Shown here piece after piece: positions 30,766 through 40,953 of a stretch of 64,000 bases of DNA. The notes beneath the pieces were generated by a model that saw only the letters and a program-made list of their open reading frames with translations, did no database searches and was not told the DNA's origin. The DNA is from Candidatus Poribacteria bacterium (GTDB lineage: Bacteria; Poribacteria; WGA-4E; WGA-3G): assembly GCA_965205015.1 (NCBI GenBank), contig OZ242029.1, positions 4,480,001 through 4,544,000 on the forward strand, written 5' to 3'. Every line of letters begins with the position of its first letter. The first letter of the stretch is position 1. A program made the position numbers and the translations under genes.

Positions 30766-30855
30766 TTATCTGCTGAGCAATTCTATCCCCGAATTACCTT
30801 TTTGAAATACAATTTGCGTCATATAGCATTTTAACTGCGTTTACGAACGCATTCC

Positions 30856-30886
30856 TATTTTGATAATGAAACCCATTATCAAAATA
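30856..30886. promoter_or_regulatory. Fur-box-like palindrome
   Basis: GATAATGAAACCCATTATC (30862-30880) matches 16/19 of GATAATGATAATCATTATC; perfect 13-bp arms. Confidence 0.6.
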
Positions 30887-31276
30887 TATTTTTCCAAAGT
30901 AATGATATTTTGCTGTAAACACATACAACAACTGGGTTCATGGGCTTAGTACTGCGAAATTATGCCGTGGATATTGAATCAAAACGTGTCCGTCATTTAA
31001 CAACAGGATGCCAGATAATTTCGGCGGCATTTTTCCTTAATACTCCGAATGTGTTACCGAGAAATGTTGGTGAAGCGGTCAATTGGGAGGCTATCGTTCG
31101 ACCTCAGTTACGCATTCAGGTCAAACGTATAATATTACTGAAGGTAATATTGGTGAGACAGTGGAAAGGATATTTACAAAAAATGGAGGTAAGTGAGAAA
31201 CCGAAATCGTTTGATCTATTCTCCAGTTTCGTGATAAACTGAGAGTACTGATTTAGATACCGCAGGAGGGTAAAAA

Positions 31277-31759
31277 ATGTTAGCCGTTAAGGAACTCGGT
31301 CACGTCGGACTTTACTGTACCGATGTCCAAAAGTCTCAGGACTTCTATACCCGTATTCTCGGTCTCACCGTTACCGACGCGCATCCAGAAGGACATATTA
31401 TTTTCCTGAGCGCACAGCCAGAATCGGAACACCATGAGCTCGCCTTGTGTCCGGGCAGAGATGCCCCCCGAGGCGCAAAGGTGGTGCAACAGGTTTCGTT
31501 CATTGTTGAGGATATCACGGATTTAAAGCGGTTCTACGGACTTCTGAAGTCGGAAGGCGTCAGGATTCGGAGTGTGGTAAATCACGGAATCTCTTTGGCG
31601 ATTTACTTTTACGATCCCGATGAGAATGTCGTTGAGGTATACGCGAAGACCCCATATAAGGTCCCACAGCCGTTCTCTGAGGACGTAGACCTTGACTTGG
31701 ATGATGAGGAACTGATGCGGATTGCTGAGACAGGGTCTCCCGCTGAAGATGTTCACTAA
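31277..31759 (+). CDS. VOC/glyoxalase family protein
   Basis: LGHVGL..FYTRILGL, HHELAL, IYFYDPDENVVEVY; AGGAGG RBS. Confidence 0.9.
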   Translation: MLAVKELGHVGLYCTDVQKSQDFYTRILGLTVTDAHPEGHIIFLSAQPESEHHELALCPGRDAPRGAKVVQQVSFIVEDITDLKRFYGLLKSEGVRIRSVVNHGISLAIYFYDPDENVVEVYAKTPYKVPQPFSEDVDLDLDDEELMRIAETGSPAEDVH

Positions 31760-31819
31760 AACAGTATTCTCTGTGAATGCGGAGACGCTAAGAAAAAGAA
31801 GGCGATAGGAAAGTTGGAA

Positions 31820-31846
31820 AGAGGCGCGCGTACAAAGCGCGCCTCT
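31820..31846. terminator. Bidirectional terminator-like hairpin
   Basis: AGAGGCGCGC-GTACAAA-GCGCGCCTCT between convergent genes. Confidence 0.7.
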
Positions 31847-31855
31847 ATTTTCGAC

Positions 31856-33205
31856 CTAAGAGAGTCCTTGTAAACTGCCAGTGCTATCGCCCAATTGGGC
31901 AAGGTCAACATCCATCCGATTGAGCATGGATAGCCAGAGATTGTTGAGGGGTGTCTCTTTCGGGTAGCGGATATGACGACCCGTCTTAATCGTGCCACAA
32001 CCGCCGCCAGCCAGTATAATCGGGAGGTCGTGATGGCTGTGTCGGTTGCCGTCAGCGTTTCCACTCCCGTACAGAATCATTGAATGATCCAAGAGTGAAC
32101 CCTCCCCTTCAGGAGTGGCACTGAGTTTTTCCAAGAAGTATGCCAACTGTTGAGAATGGAAGATATCAATGCGTTTGATCTTTTCTATCTTCTCTTCATC
32201 ACCACCGTGATGTGACAGATAGTGGTGTCCGTCTGGAACGTCGACAAACGGATAGGGTCTATTGCTGCCTTCATTTGCGAGGACGAAGGTCGTAACGCGA
32301 GTTACATCCGCCTGAAATGCGAGGACCATGAGATCCATCATCAGGCGCAGATGCTCCTGATAATCTTCTGGAATTTCCTCCGGCACGGTATAGTCCGGGC
32401 TTTCGATCGGTGGGAACCTCTCAGCCGATGCGATTCTCACCTCAATATCCCGGATAGAGGAGAAGTACTCATCGAGTTTCCGGACATCGTTCCCACTGAC
32501 TTGACGGCGTAACGCTTTCGAGTCCTGTTTTACAAAATCGAGGATACTTTTTCGCTGTTGATCGCGTGCTTCTCGTTGTGTGTCGGGCAGAGAGGAGAAC
32601 AGCCGTTCAAAAGCGAGTTTCGGATTTACCTCTTTGGGAAGCGGTTGCGTCGCAGAACGCCATGAGAGTGTCGATGAATAGACGCAGCTATAGCCAGAAT
32701 CGCAATTCCCTGCCCTTCTGCCAGGGTCAATTCCGAGTTCAAGTGAAGGCATTCGCGTCCGGTTACCGATATGTGATGCGGCGACTTGGTCAACAGAAAC
32801 GCCAGCCTGAATATCAGCACCATCCGTTTTACGGGGCTGCGCGCCTGTAAGGAAAGCCGCCATGGCACGGGCGTGATCGCCACCGCCGTCCCCGTTCGCG
32901 CGGGCTTTATCAGCCGTTAGACCGCTGAGCACCAACATCTTGTCTTTTACATTTTCCAAGGGGGTCAGGATATCCGTGAGTTCATAGTTCGCTCCGATCT
33001 GCGTCGGGGTCCACTCCTCCATAATCTTTCCGTTAGGTACGTAAAGGAATGCCATCCGATTCGGAACCGTCTGGTGTGCTACCCCACTCGCTGGAGCGTT
33101 TGCCCACGAGGTAAGGGGTCCCATGACCTCCAGCCACGGTAGTGCGATACTCACTCCCAAACCGCGTAAAAATGTTCGACGTGAAAGTTGCTTTGAGGTG
33201 TTCAT
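31856..33205 (-). CDS. DUF1552 (HXXSHH) domain protein with Tat-like leader
   Basis: SRRTFLRGLG..ALPWLE, YVPNG, SVDQVAA, AFQADVTRV, HHYLSHH, EGEGSLLDHS. Confidence 0.92.
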   Translation of the reverse strand: MNTSKQLSRRTFLRGLGVSIALPWLEVMGPLTSWANAPASGVAHQTVPNRMAFLYVPNGKIMEEWTPTQIGANYELTDILTPLENVKDKMLVLSGLTADKARANGDGGGDHARAMAAFLTGAQPRKTDGADIQAGVSVDQVAASHIGNRTRMPSLELGIDPGRRAGNCDSGYSCVYSSTLSWRSATQPLPKEVNPKLAFERLFSSLPDTQREARDQQRKSILDFVKQDSKALRRQVSGNDVRKLDEYFSSIRDIEVRIASAERFPPIESPDYTVPEEIPEDYQEHLRLMMDLMVLAFQADVTRVTTFVLANEGSNRPYPFVDVPDGHHYLSHHGGDEEKIEKIKRIDIFHSQQLAYFLEKLSATPEGEGSLLDHSMILYGSGNADGNRHSHHDLPIILAGGGCGTIKTGRHIRYPKETPLNNLWLSMLNRMDVDLAQLGDSTGSLQGLS

Positions 33206-33307
33206 AATTGTTCCTTCGTCAACTCTCCATAGTTAAGGCAGTAGGAAACTTGCAAAAAACCGCTACTGTCCCTATATGATTTCTCGTTTCAGAACGCCTA
33301 TACCACA

Positions 33308-33336
33308 ATTATACCTTATTTTATATGACGTGTCAA
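33308..33336 (-). promoter_or_regulatory. Consensus sigma70 promoter for the DUF1552 gene
   Basis: TTGACA-17 bp-TATAAT on the minus strand. Confidence 0.75.
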
Positions 33337-33394
33337 GTATTTATCGGATCCTTCTGAAAACCCTGATTCAGACGTGCCCACTGACTGCTGATGG

Positions 33395-34444
33395 CTAAAA
33401 ATACGGTACCCCTTGTGCATTGACATAAACGGAATAGAGAGATTGGCTACCTGCCATAAAGAGCCTGTTTCGTTTCACACCGCCGAAACAGATATTCGCA
33501 CAAATTTCTGGGAGATGAATCTTTCCGATAAGCGTTCCATCTGGCGCGAAGATATGCACACCATCGTAGCCTTCGCCGACCCAGCCTGTGCCTGCCCACA
33601 GATTTCCATCGGTATCGCATCGAAGTCCGTCCGCAGCACCGGGTGCCATATCCGCGAATACCTGTTTGTTAGCCAACCGTTCACCGTTGACGACATCATG
33701 GACGACAATATTTTTCGGTGGACCGGTATCCGCAACGTAAAGTTTAGTGTAATCAGGCGAGAAACAGATACCGTTCGGTCTTTCGATTTCCTCCGTTACG
33801 ACGACTGCTTCGCCGGTATCAGGATTCAGGCGATAAACGGAAGTCGGTAATTCAAATTCTGCTTTATGCCCTTCATAATGGGAAAGGATACCGTATCCGG
33901 GGTCAGTGAACCAGATATGTCCGTCAGGATGGACAGCTGCATCGTTCGGTGCGTTGAAGCGTTTGCCCTCAAAGGTGTCTATGAGGACGGTAATCGTTCC
34001 GTCATATTCAGTTCGTGTGACACGTCGGGTGCCGTGTTCACAACTGATGAGCCTCCCTTGTCGATCGCGCGTGTGTCCATTGGTATAGTTAGACGGTTTG
34101 CGATAGACGCTCACCATGCCGGTGGCTTCCTGCCATTTCAGAATACGATTGTTCGGAATATCACTCCAAAGGAGGTAGCCGCCATCACCGAACCAGACAG
34201 GTCCCTCTGCCCAGCGCGACCCCGTCCATAACCGTTCCACAACGGCATTCCCGATTTTGTATTTGGCGAAACGCGGATCAATGACTTCAACCGCTGGATC
34301 CGGATAACGGGTAATCGGTCCCTCTTTTGTAGGAATATCTGCCCAAGCGGTTAGCGGACGTATCGCTTCCAACCAAGGTAAAGCAGCACCGACCCCTAAA
34401 CCGCGTAAAAATGTTCGACGTGAAAATTGTTTTGATGTGTTCAT
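33395..34444 (-). CDS. SMP-30/gluconolactonase family protein, Tat signal
   Basis: WAEGPVW, WSDIPNNRI, NAPND, PNGICFSPD, ADGLRCD. Confidence 0.93.
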   Translation of the reverse strand: MNTSKQFSRRTFLRGLGVGAALPWLEAIRPLTAWADIPTKEGPITRYPDPAVEVIDPRFAKYKIGNAVVERLWTGSRWAEGPVWFGDGGYLLWSDIPNNRILKWQEATGMVSVYRKPSNYTNGHTRDRQGRLISCEHGTRRVTRTEYDGTITVLIDTFEGKRFNAPNDAAVHPDGHIWFTDPGYGILSHYEGHKAEFELPTSVYRLNPDTGEAVVVTEEIERPNGICFSPDYTKLYVADTGPPKNIVVHDVVNGERLANKQVFADMAPGAADGLRCDTDGNLWAGTGWVGEGYDGVHIFAPDGTLIGKIHLPEICANICFGGVKRNRLFMAGSQSLYSVYVNAQGVPYF

Positions 34445-34459
34445 AAACCTCTCCCAGAT

Positions 34460-35518
34460 TTACATAAAATTAGACGTGCCCCAACGTTCGACATACAGAA
34501 GCATAATTTCATGGATAAATTCATATTTCTCAGGGCAACAGGAACGGAGTCTATGGGGATAGAGAAGATAAGAGGCGATACTTTCGGCCATATCCTCATT
34601 CGGATCTTCCTCAAAAGCGTAAGTTGATATAAACGCTGATCGTTCTTTCGTTGTTGACCAACCTGACTCACTTGTTGCCTCTCGATACCATCCACCAAGT
34701 TTCGCCCAATTCAATTTAAGTTCCCTATTAAAAACATAAGTCCATAAAAAATGTGCCTTTTCGTGGGCAATGACGTGCCGAGCCCTATTAGAATTCCCGT
34801 GGCGAAAAATGGATTCAGCGAACTCTATGTGCCCCCGACCTGTCCGGGCATAACTGATTCCTCTTTCATCCGGACCTTCATCCTTATCCACTCTACGAAT
34901 TATATGCTTTAATCGCGGTATTTTATGCAGTGCGTGAGGAAATTCTTCAAACACTGATATAACGAGCATCAAATCGTCATTTTCAAAGTTCGAATAGCGT
35001 TTTGATGCTGTGTTTTGGATTCCCTCGGTTGGCTCGGTTGATGAATCATCAGTTGATGAATCATAGGAGGGGACATATATACCATACCTTTTTTGTAAAA
35101 TTAATTCTATGATGGCTCTATTTGTTCCATTCTCTGTTACGTATTGAACGACTGCATAATAGAGGTGCTTGCCCGGAGACAGCACCTCTTGAGATTCTTC
35201 AACAGGAAAAACATCTTTACTAATCGTAACGAACTTTAACTTATCCTTAGATTCAATCTTAATATCGTTTTCTAAGCCGTCTTCAGTTATACTCCATCTG
35301 GAAAATTGTAGATTCAGATTCGGGGATATGGCTTCAAAGACCCTTAAGAGCGTGTGGGCATGTTTTTTTGTCCACGTAGAATCTAAGTAAACGGAATATT
35401 TTTGCTCCAACTGGGACATAGGATTGTTATCTGGTGTTTCATAATAAGGGGCTGTATAACAACTTGGCTGGAAAATTATGATGAATAAAAGGAAAATTAG
35501 AAAAATTCGCATCATCAA
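34460..35518 (-). CDS. Putative secreted zinc metallopeptidase (HEXXH), AT-rich
   Basis: Signal peptide; IAHEKAHF and downstream PNEDMAES; ATGA overlap with DUF1592 stop. Confidence 0.65.
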   Translation of the reverse strand: MMMRIFLIFLLFIIIFQPSCYTAPYYETPDNNPMSQLEQKYSVYLDSTWTKKHAHTLLRVFEAISPNLNLQFSRWSITEDGLENDIKIESKDKLKFVTISKDVFPVEESQEVLSPGKHLYYAVVQYVTENGTNRAIIELILQKRYGIYVPSYDSSTDDSSTEPTEGIQNTASKRYSNFENDDLMLVISVFEEFPHALHKIPRLKHIIRRVDKDEGPDERGISYARTGRGHIEFAESIFRHGNSNRARHVIAHEKAHFLWTYVFNRELKLNWAKLGGWYREATSESGWSTTKERSAFISTYAFEEDPNEDMAESIASYLLYPHRLRSCCPEKYEFIHEIMLLYVERWGTSNFM

Positions 35519-37956
35519 TTGTCCTTTGTGCCGCGTCGCAACCGGAAGGGATCACTCTTAACGATCTCTGTAATCATCACAGAACTTCTATACCCCTCGG
35601 CTTCAAGTTGTGACACGATCCTATCAACCGTCGATCGGTCATAGTATTCCAATCCTCTGCCCAACGCATAGGTTAACATTTTCTCTGTCAAACAGTGTAG
35701 GAACTGCTGTTTTCTGTCTTTGACAACCTGTTTCAGGTCCGCGACCCCGCGCACTATCGTTCCGTCCGGCAATTCCGCGGTTGTATCAATATTCAGTTCG
35801 CCATCTTTCCACCGAAAAGCCCCAATCGCGTTGTAGTTTTCGAGTGCGAATCCGATCGGATCCATTTTCGCATGGCAGTTAGCGCATGCGGGATCTGCTC
35901 GGTGTTGCTCGAGACGTTCACGTAGTGTCCTCCCGTGAACCGCTTCACCCTCTTCCTCTAACTCTGGAACATCCGGTGGCGGTGGTGGTGGCGGTGTACC
36001 GAGTATCTGTTCCAAAACCCAGCGTCCCCTTTTGACGGGAGAGGTGCGCGTTGGGTTAGAAGTCACCGTCAAGACGCTGGCGTGGCTAAGGATTCCACCC
36101 CGCGCGGTACTCTGCAACTTGACCCGTCGAAACGCTCTGCCTTTAATCGCTTCACCGCCGGGAATGATGGTCTTTTGTCCCCTCCAGTTCCCTTGTGTAT
36201 CCATAATACCGTAGTGGTTTGCTAAAGGTTGGTTGAGGAAAGTGTAGTCCGCATCAATGAGATCAAGTACACTCCGGTCTTCACGAAAGATCGATTCAAG
36301 AAAGAGTTCCGTTTCCTTTAACATGGCAGCGCGCAGTGCTCCCGTGAATGTCGGAAACTGTTCGAGATCCGGTGCAGCCGTTGTCAGTCGTTGGATTTGA
36401 AGCCATTGGGTTCCGAAATTACTGCCTAATTCGGATGCCTTCGGGTCTGCTAACATCCGTTTAATTTGGGATTCCAGATTGGCAGTGAGTTGTTTCTTCT
36501 CAGCGAGTTCAAGGAGTTCGTCATCCGGCATGCTACTCCACAAGAAGTAGGAGAGCCGTGACGCGAGTTGAACCGCATCCATCGGATGCGGTTCTGGACC
36601 CTGCGGACGGTCATCTAACTCCAACCGAAATAGGAACTTGGGTGAACAAAGAATGACTTTAATCGCCGCTTGAATGCCTGCTTCCCACGACGCCCCATCC
36701 GCTTGGACGGATGCCACAAACTGGGTAAGTTGTTCTACTTCGTTTTCGGTGGGTGGACGACGATAGCCGCGCCGCAGCAAACGCGTTAGCACCTCACGGG
36801 TCTGGTCTGCTTGGGAGATATCGGGTGTGCACGCCAGAATTTCAAAATGAGAATCGGGTCTGGTCTCTAAGGGTCCCTCTGCCCAGAGCGTGCGAATCTG
36901 GAGTTTCGCGTGCGGCTCACCTTCTATCGGCTTAAGCATCGCAATGCCGACTTTTTCAATGTTAGGAATACGGGTAATAAGGAATTCAATTGTCTGTCTT
37001 TTTTCTTCATCGCGGGCGGTAATCTCAAAAGCCTTCAAAACTTTGATATTGTTGTCTACCGTAGGATCTACGCCAACCAAGCGCGCGAGTTTCTCCGGTG
37101 GGGTTGTCACCTCCAAATTTTCACCCTGAATGAATAGAACGACCTCTACGGGTGTTTCACTGTCTGTTTCGGCGTAAAGCGTTGCATGGTAGACGATTTC
37201 TGTATCGGGAGTTATTCTGAAATCTGCCGCTCCCGTTGTAAAGGGACCAGATTTCCACGCTTCTGTGGCGGTTGGATCGAGCAGACGGTAACGTTCATCA
37301 GGGACATCATCGTGGCGAGGCTCCAGACGACTACCACTTTGGTAACGTTTGGAGGGTGGTGGCGGATCCAACAAGATAACACGCGTGGCGATTGCCTCCG
37401 CGGCTTCAAGATACCGCTCCATTAGAAGCGGTGACATCGTGAGCACATCGCCAATATTATCAAACCCGTGTCCGACATCATCCGCAGGAAAATTTTCGGT
37501 CGGATTGAAATCAGCCCCGAGCAGGTCTCGGACAGTATTCTTGTATTCGACTTTATTGAGTCGGCGGACGGTTACGCGTCCAGGATCTGGCTTCGCCGTG
37601 CGATCCGCATTTTCAAAAATCGCTTCAATATGCGCAACAAACGATTCCGACGCTTCTATTGACGGAAACCGATCGCTGTCCGACGGTGGCATCTGACCTG
37701 TCGTTAGCATGTCCAGAATCCGTTCCCAGATGTCTCGCTCCTCAATTAACGAACGATTGTCCGTGAATGAATCCAAGGAGAGTTCAGCGGCAGGCTCGTC
37801 ACCGGCGTGACAACTAAAGCAATACTCTTCCAAGAACAAAGCACCATTCTGCGAAAAGTCGGCAGTGTCCTTTTCACCCGGGTTAACTATAGGGACAACG
37901 AGCAGTAGCACCAAGATCAAACAAAAACAGTATGAAACATAATTGATCGAAGTCAT
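35515..37956 (-). CDS. DUF1592/DUF1588 family cytochrome-c-containing protein
   Basis: CFSCH and CANCH heme motifs, RRLNKVEYKNTVRDL, LASRLSYFLWSSMPD, TSPVKRG, YALGRGL. Confidence 0.92.
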   Translation of the reverse strand: MTSINYVSYCFCLILVLLLVVPIVNPGEKDTADFSQNGALFLEEYCFSCHAGDEPAAELSLDSFTDNRSLIEERDIWERILDMLTTGQMPPSDSDRFPSIEASESFVAHIEAIFENADRTAKPDPGRVTVRRLNKVEYKNTVRDLLGADFNPTENFPADDVGHGFDNIGDVLTMSPLLMERYLEAAEAIATRVILLDPPPPSKRYQSGSRLEPRHDDVPDERYRLLDPTATEAWKSGPFTTGAADFRITPDTEIVYHATLYAETDSETPVEVVLFIQGENLEVTTPPEKLARLVGVDPTVDNNIKVLKAFEITARDEEKRQTIEFLITRIPNIEKVGIAMLKPIEGEPHAKLQIRTLWAEGPLETRPDSHFEILACTPDISQADQTREVLTRLLRRGYRRPPTENEVEQLTQFVASVQADGASWEAGIQAAIKVILCSPKFLFRLELDDRPQGPEPHPMDAVQLASRLSYFLWSSMPDDELLELAEKKQLTANLESQIKRMLADPKASELGSNFGTQWLQIQRLTTAAPDLEQFPTFTGALRAAMLKETELFLESIFREDRSVLDLIDADYTFLNQPLANHYGIMDTQGNWRGQKTIIPGGEAIKGRAFRRVKLQSTARGGILSHASVLTVTSNPTRTSPVKRGRWVLEQILGTPPPPPPPDVPELEEEGEAVHGRTLRERLEQHRADPACANCHAKMDPIGFALENYNAIGAFRWKDGELNIDTTAELPDGTIVRGVADLKQVVKDRKQQFLHCLTEKMLTYALGRGLEYYDRSTVDRIVSQLEAEGYRSSVMITEIVKSDPFRLRRGTKDN

Positions 37957-38306
37957 GAGTATCTTTCCAACTGTGGAGGTGGGGTTGCAATGTAATACAA
38001 GGAATGGATTTAGTCCATTCCCAGACGAAATCCCTTATGACAACGTTTGCGTTCGGTTATAAGTTTACGCCAATATGCAGTAATTATATCTCAGTATAAT
38101 GCATAAAGGCAAATAAAAACCCACCAAATACTGGATTATTTAGTTTTATGAACAGAATTTGCGCTTTATCGTCAATTCTGCTAAAATAGCGGCGTTAGAA
38201 ACAGACATTTTGTAGGGGTATCCCCTGTGGATGTCCTACTGTCCACGTGTCCTTCTCACCCAACGCATATAAATGTGTTGAAAACGCCAAAGGAGCACCT
38301 CCCGCT

Positions 38307-39380
38307 ATGAATCGACACGAGCAAGAAGCAATCGTGAACGCAGGAGCATTGCAAACCGTCTGTAGTCAACTGTACCAAAAAGTAGGTGTTGCGCAATCGG
38401 ATGCAGATACCGTCGCAGAAATGCAGGTACTGATGGATTTGCGCGGCGTTCATTCGCACGCGACACGCGCCGTGCCACGTTATGTCCGAGGTATCATCAA
38501 CGGTGATATAAATCCGACACCGGCACTTCAAACGCTTGAAGACAACGCCGCCTCCGTTTTATTAGACGGTGACCGGGGATTGGGACATCTCGTCGGTGTC
38601 CGTGCAATGAACATCGCCGTTGAAAAAGCGAAGTCCACTTCGATCGGTGTGGCTGTTGTTCGGAATAGCAATCACTTCGGGGCTGCCTCCAGCCATGCGA
38701 TACGAGCCACAGAACACGATATGATCGGTTTCGCGACCACCAACGGCTTGGGTGTGAACGTCGCCGTCTTCGGTGCGAAAAGCACTTCGATCGGAAATAA
38801 TGCGCTCTCCTTTGCTATCCCTGCTGGTGAAGAGCCTCCGATCGTATTGGATATGGCGTGCGGTGCTGCCGCCGCTGGACGTATCGGAACCGCAAGGTTA
38901 TACGAAGAAAAAATCCCATTGGGATGGGCATTGGACGCTGACGGCAACGAAACCGATGATCCCAGTAAGGTTGCCGCGATCTTACCTGCCGCAGGTCCCA
39001 AAGGTTCCGCACTTGCGATCGTGATGGATATCTTATGTGGTCCCTTAAGCGGTGGACTGATGGGTATCAACAAGCATTATCAGCCTGGAGATGCCCCACG
39101 AGAGAAACGCGTATCAGCACACTTTTTCCTCGCAATCAACATCGCCAGTTTCACCTCCATCACAGAATTTAAGGCTGAAATTGATCGGCAGATTCGGATG
39201 ACACGTCAAGCCACCCCACGCAGCGGATTTACGCGTGTCACTCTCCCCGGCGAGATTGAGTGGGAATTGACGCAAGAACGCCTCGCAAATGGGATTCCGC
39301 TGCACAAGGAGCCATTGCGGGAACTCGAGCAGCTTGCCGACGAATTGGATGTTGAAATTCCATGGAGCGGTTGTAATTAG
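38307..39380 (+). CDS. Ldh_2 family (malate/L-lactate/ureidoglycolate-type) oxidoreductase
   Basis: DLRGVHSH, RNSNHFG, IVLDMA, GPKGSAL, LPGE. Confidence 0.9.
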   Translation: MNRHEQEAIVNAGALQTVCSQLYQKVGVAQSDADTVAEMQVLMDLRGVHSHATRAVPRYVRGIINGDINPTPALQTLEDNAASVLLDGDRGLGHLVGVRAMNIAVEKAKSTSIGVAVVRNSNHFGAASSHAIRATEHDMIGFATTNGLGVNVAVFGAKSTSIGNNALSFAIPAGEEPPIVLDMACGAAAAGRIGTARLYEEKIPLGWALDADGNETDDPSKVAAILPAAGPKGSALAIVMDILCGPLSGGLMGINKHYQPGDAPREKRVSAHFFLAINIASFTSITEFKAEIDRQIRMTRQATPRSGFTRVTLPGEIEWELTQERLANGIPLHKEPLRELEQLADELDVEIPWSGCN

Positions 39381-39391
39381 TATAGAAAAAT

Positions 39392-39420
39392 TTGACATTC
39401 GTTAGAAAATCAGGTATAAT
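39392..39420 (+). promoter_or_regulatory. Consensus sigma70 promoter of argF
   Basis: TTGACA-17 bp-TATAAT. Confidence 0.75.
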
Positions 39421-39533
39421 TATGCTTTCTTATTTATCACCGAGAGTCTTGAAGACACTGCACAACCTTTCTATGGGTTGTAAAGGATGGAAACCTTCCA
39501 TCGATTTCTAAGCACTCTACTGTGGAGGTAATT

Positions 39534-40478
39534 ATGCATCTAATTACGCTAAACCCATGGTCAGAAAAAGACATTCTTGAAACAGTTGAAAACAGTCTGA
39601 ACATCAAAAACCATCCTGAAAAATATAGACACGCTGTCGGTGGAAAGAGTCTCTGCCTGCTTTTCCAAAAGACCTCCACGCGCACGCGCTGCGCCGGTGA
39701 AATCGGTATAACGCAACTCGGTGGACATGCCCATTACCTCGACTGGCGCACGACAAACTTTGCATTAGCCGACCTTGGCGACGAAATGCGTGTCCTTTCG
39801 GGGTATGTTGATATTATCTTAGCACGGTTCTTGCAACACTCGGAACTCGTTGAGGCGGCAGCCGCTGCAACCGTTCCAGTCATTAACGGCTGTTGTGACA
39901 AATACCATCCAACGCAAGCCCTTGGCGATCTGATGACGATCCGGGAGCACCTCGGTAGACTGGAAGGGGTCAAATTGTGCTTTATCGGTGTGCATAACAA
40001 CGTCTGTAATTCGTTGATCGCCGCCGGTATGAAAGTAGGTATGGAAGTCACAGTCGTCGCACCAGAGGTGAATCCTGCTGCTGTCGACAAAGAACTATGG
40101 GAAGACGCCTCTCGCAAAGGTCTCTATAAAACGCTTAATACCGACACCGCGGCGATGGAGAGTTCATTGGAGAAAATAATTGCCAAAAGCGATGTCGTCT
40201 ACACAGATACATGGGTGGATATGGAGTTCTTCACGGATCCAGCTTTTGCAAAAGAACGGAAACGTCGGTTAGAAAAGATGATGCCGTATCAATTGAATGC
40301 TGAACTGCTGAAAGCACACGAGTGTCGGGTTATGCACTGCCTTCCCGCACACCACGGATATGAAATTTCGGGTGAACTCATTAACGATGAACGCTCAATT
40401 ATCTTTGAGCAATCCGAAAACCGTCTCTATAGCATGAAAGCGATCCTTCTCAAACTGCTTGGAGATGCCAGCCCGTAA
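39534..40478 (+). CDS. argF: Ornithine carbamoyltransferase
   Basis: FQKTSTRTR, HPTQ, YTDTWVDM, MHCLPAH; GGAGG RBS. Confidence 0.9.
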   Translation: MHLITLNPWSEKDILETVENSLNIKNHPEKYRHAVGGKSLCLLFQKTSTRTRCAGEIGITQLGGHAHYLDWRTTNFALADLGDEMRVLSGYVDIILARFLQHSELVEAAAAATVPVINGCCDKYHPTQALGDLMTIREHLGRLEGVKLCFIGVHNNVCNSLIAAGMKVGMEVTVVAPEVNPAAVDKELWEDASRKGLYKTLNTDTAAMESSLEKIIAKSDVVYTDTWVDMEFFTDPAFAKERKRRLEKMMPYQLNAELLKAHECRVMHCLPAHHGYEISGELINDERSIIFEQSENRLYSMKAILLKLLGDASP

Positions 40479-40550
40479 ACATCACGGTTCATTTCTGTGC
40501 TGTGGTCGCAATCCTTTTATGTCGATGATTAGCAAAAAGGAGAAGAACCG

Positions 40551-40886
40551 ATGGAAAAACTGATGTATCCATTCATGACACGCGTCTTATTACCAGAAGA
40601 AGGGGGCGGTTATTTAATCGAGTTTCCGGACCTTCCGGGTTGTATGTCCGATGGCGAGACGCTTGAAGAAGCCATTGAAAATGGAAAGGATGCCCTGCAG
40701 TGCTGGCTTGAAGCAGCAGCAGCAGATGGACAGGAAATACCTGAGCCGGGTTCATCGCCAACGTGGATTCAACAAGTTCCTAACCATATTCATATACAAC
40801 TGTCCCAACGGGCGGCGGCAGAAGGCATGAGCATTTCTGAACTCGTTGCCTCAATATTGGGCCAAGCCACAGATAATACAAGATGA
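40551..40886 (+). CDS. hicB: HicB family antitoxin (no adjacent HicA)
   Basis: EEGGGYLIEFPDLPGCMSDGETLEEA...IPEP plus RHH-like C-terminus. Confidence 0.88.
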   Translation: MEKLMYPFMTRVLLPEEGGGYLIEFPDLPGCMSDGETLEEAIENGKDALQCWLEAAAADGQEIPEPGSSPTWIQQVPNHIHIQLSQRAAAEGMSISELVASILGQATDNTR

Positions 40887-40953
40887 TGGAAGGGCTCTCG
40901 ACCGAACGCGAAGCAGTCATAAACAGTATAAACATCCAACCTAAAACGAAGTC

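Noticed and set aside
30940-31242. 100-aa ORF upstream of the VOC gene
   Set aside because: No RBS or recognisable motif, so it was not called as a gene.
39473-39511. Mini-ORF MGCKGWKPSIDF before argF, ending like the his leader (SVDF)
   Set aside because: No Arg run or clear RBS; the similarity is probably chance.
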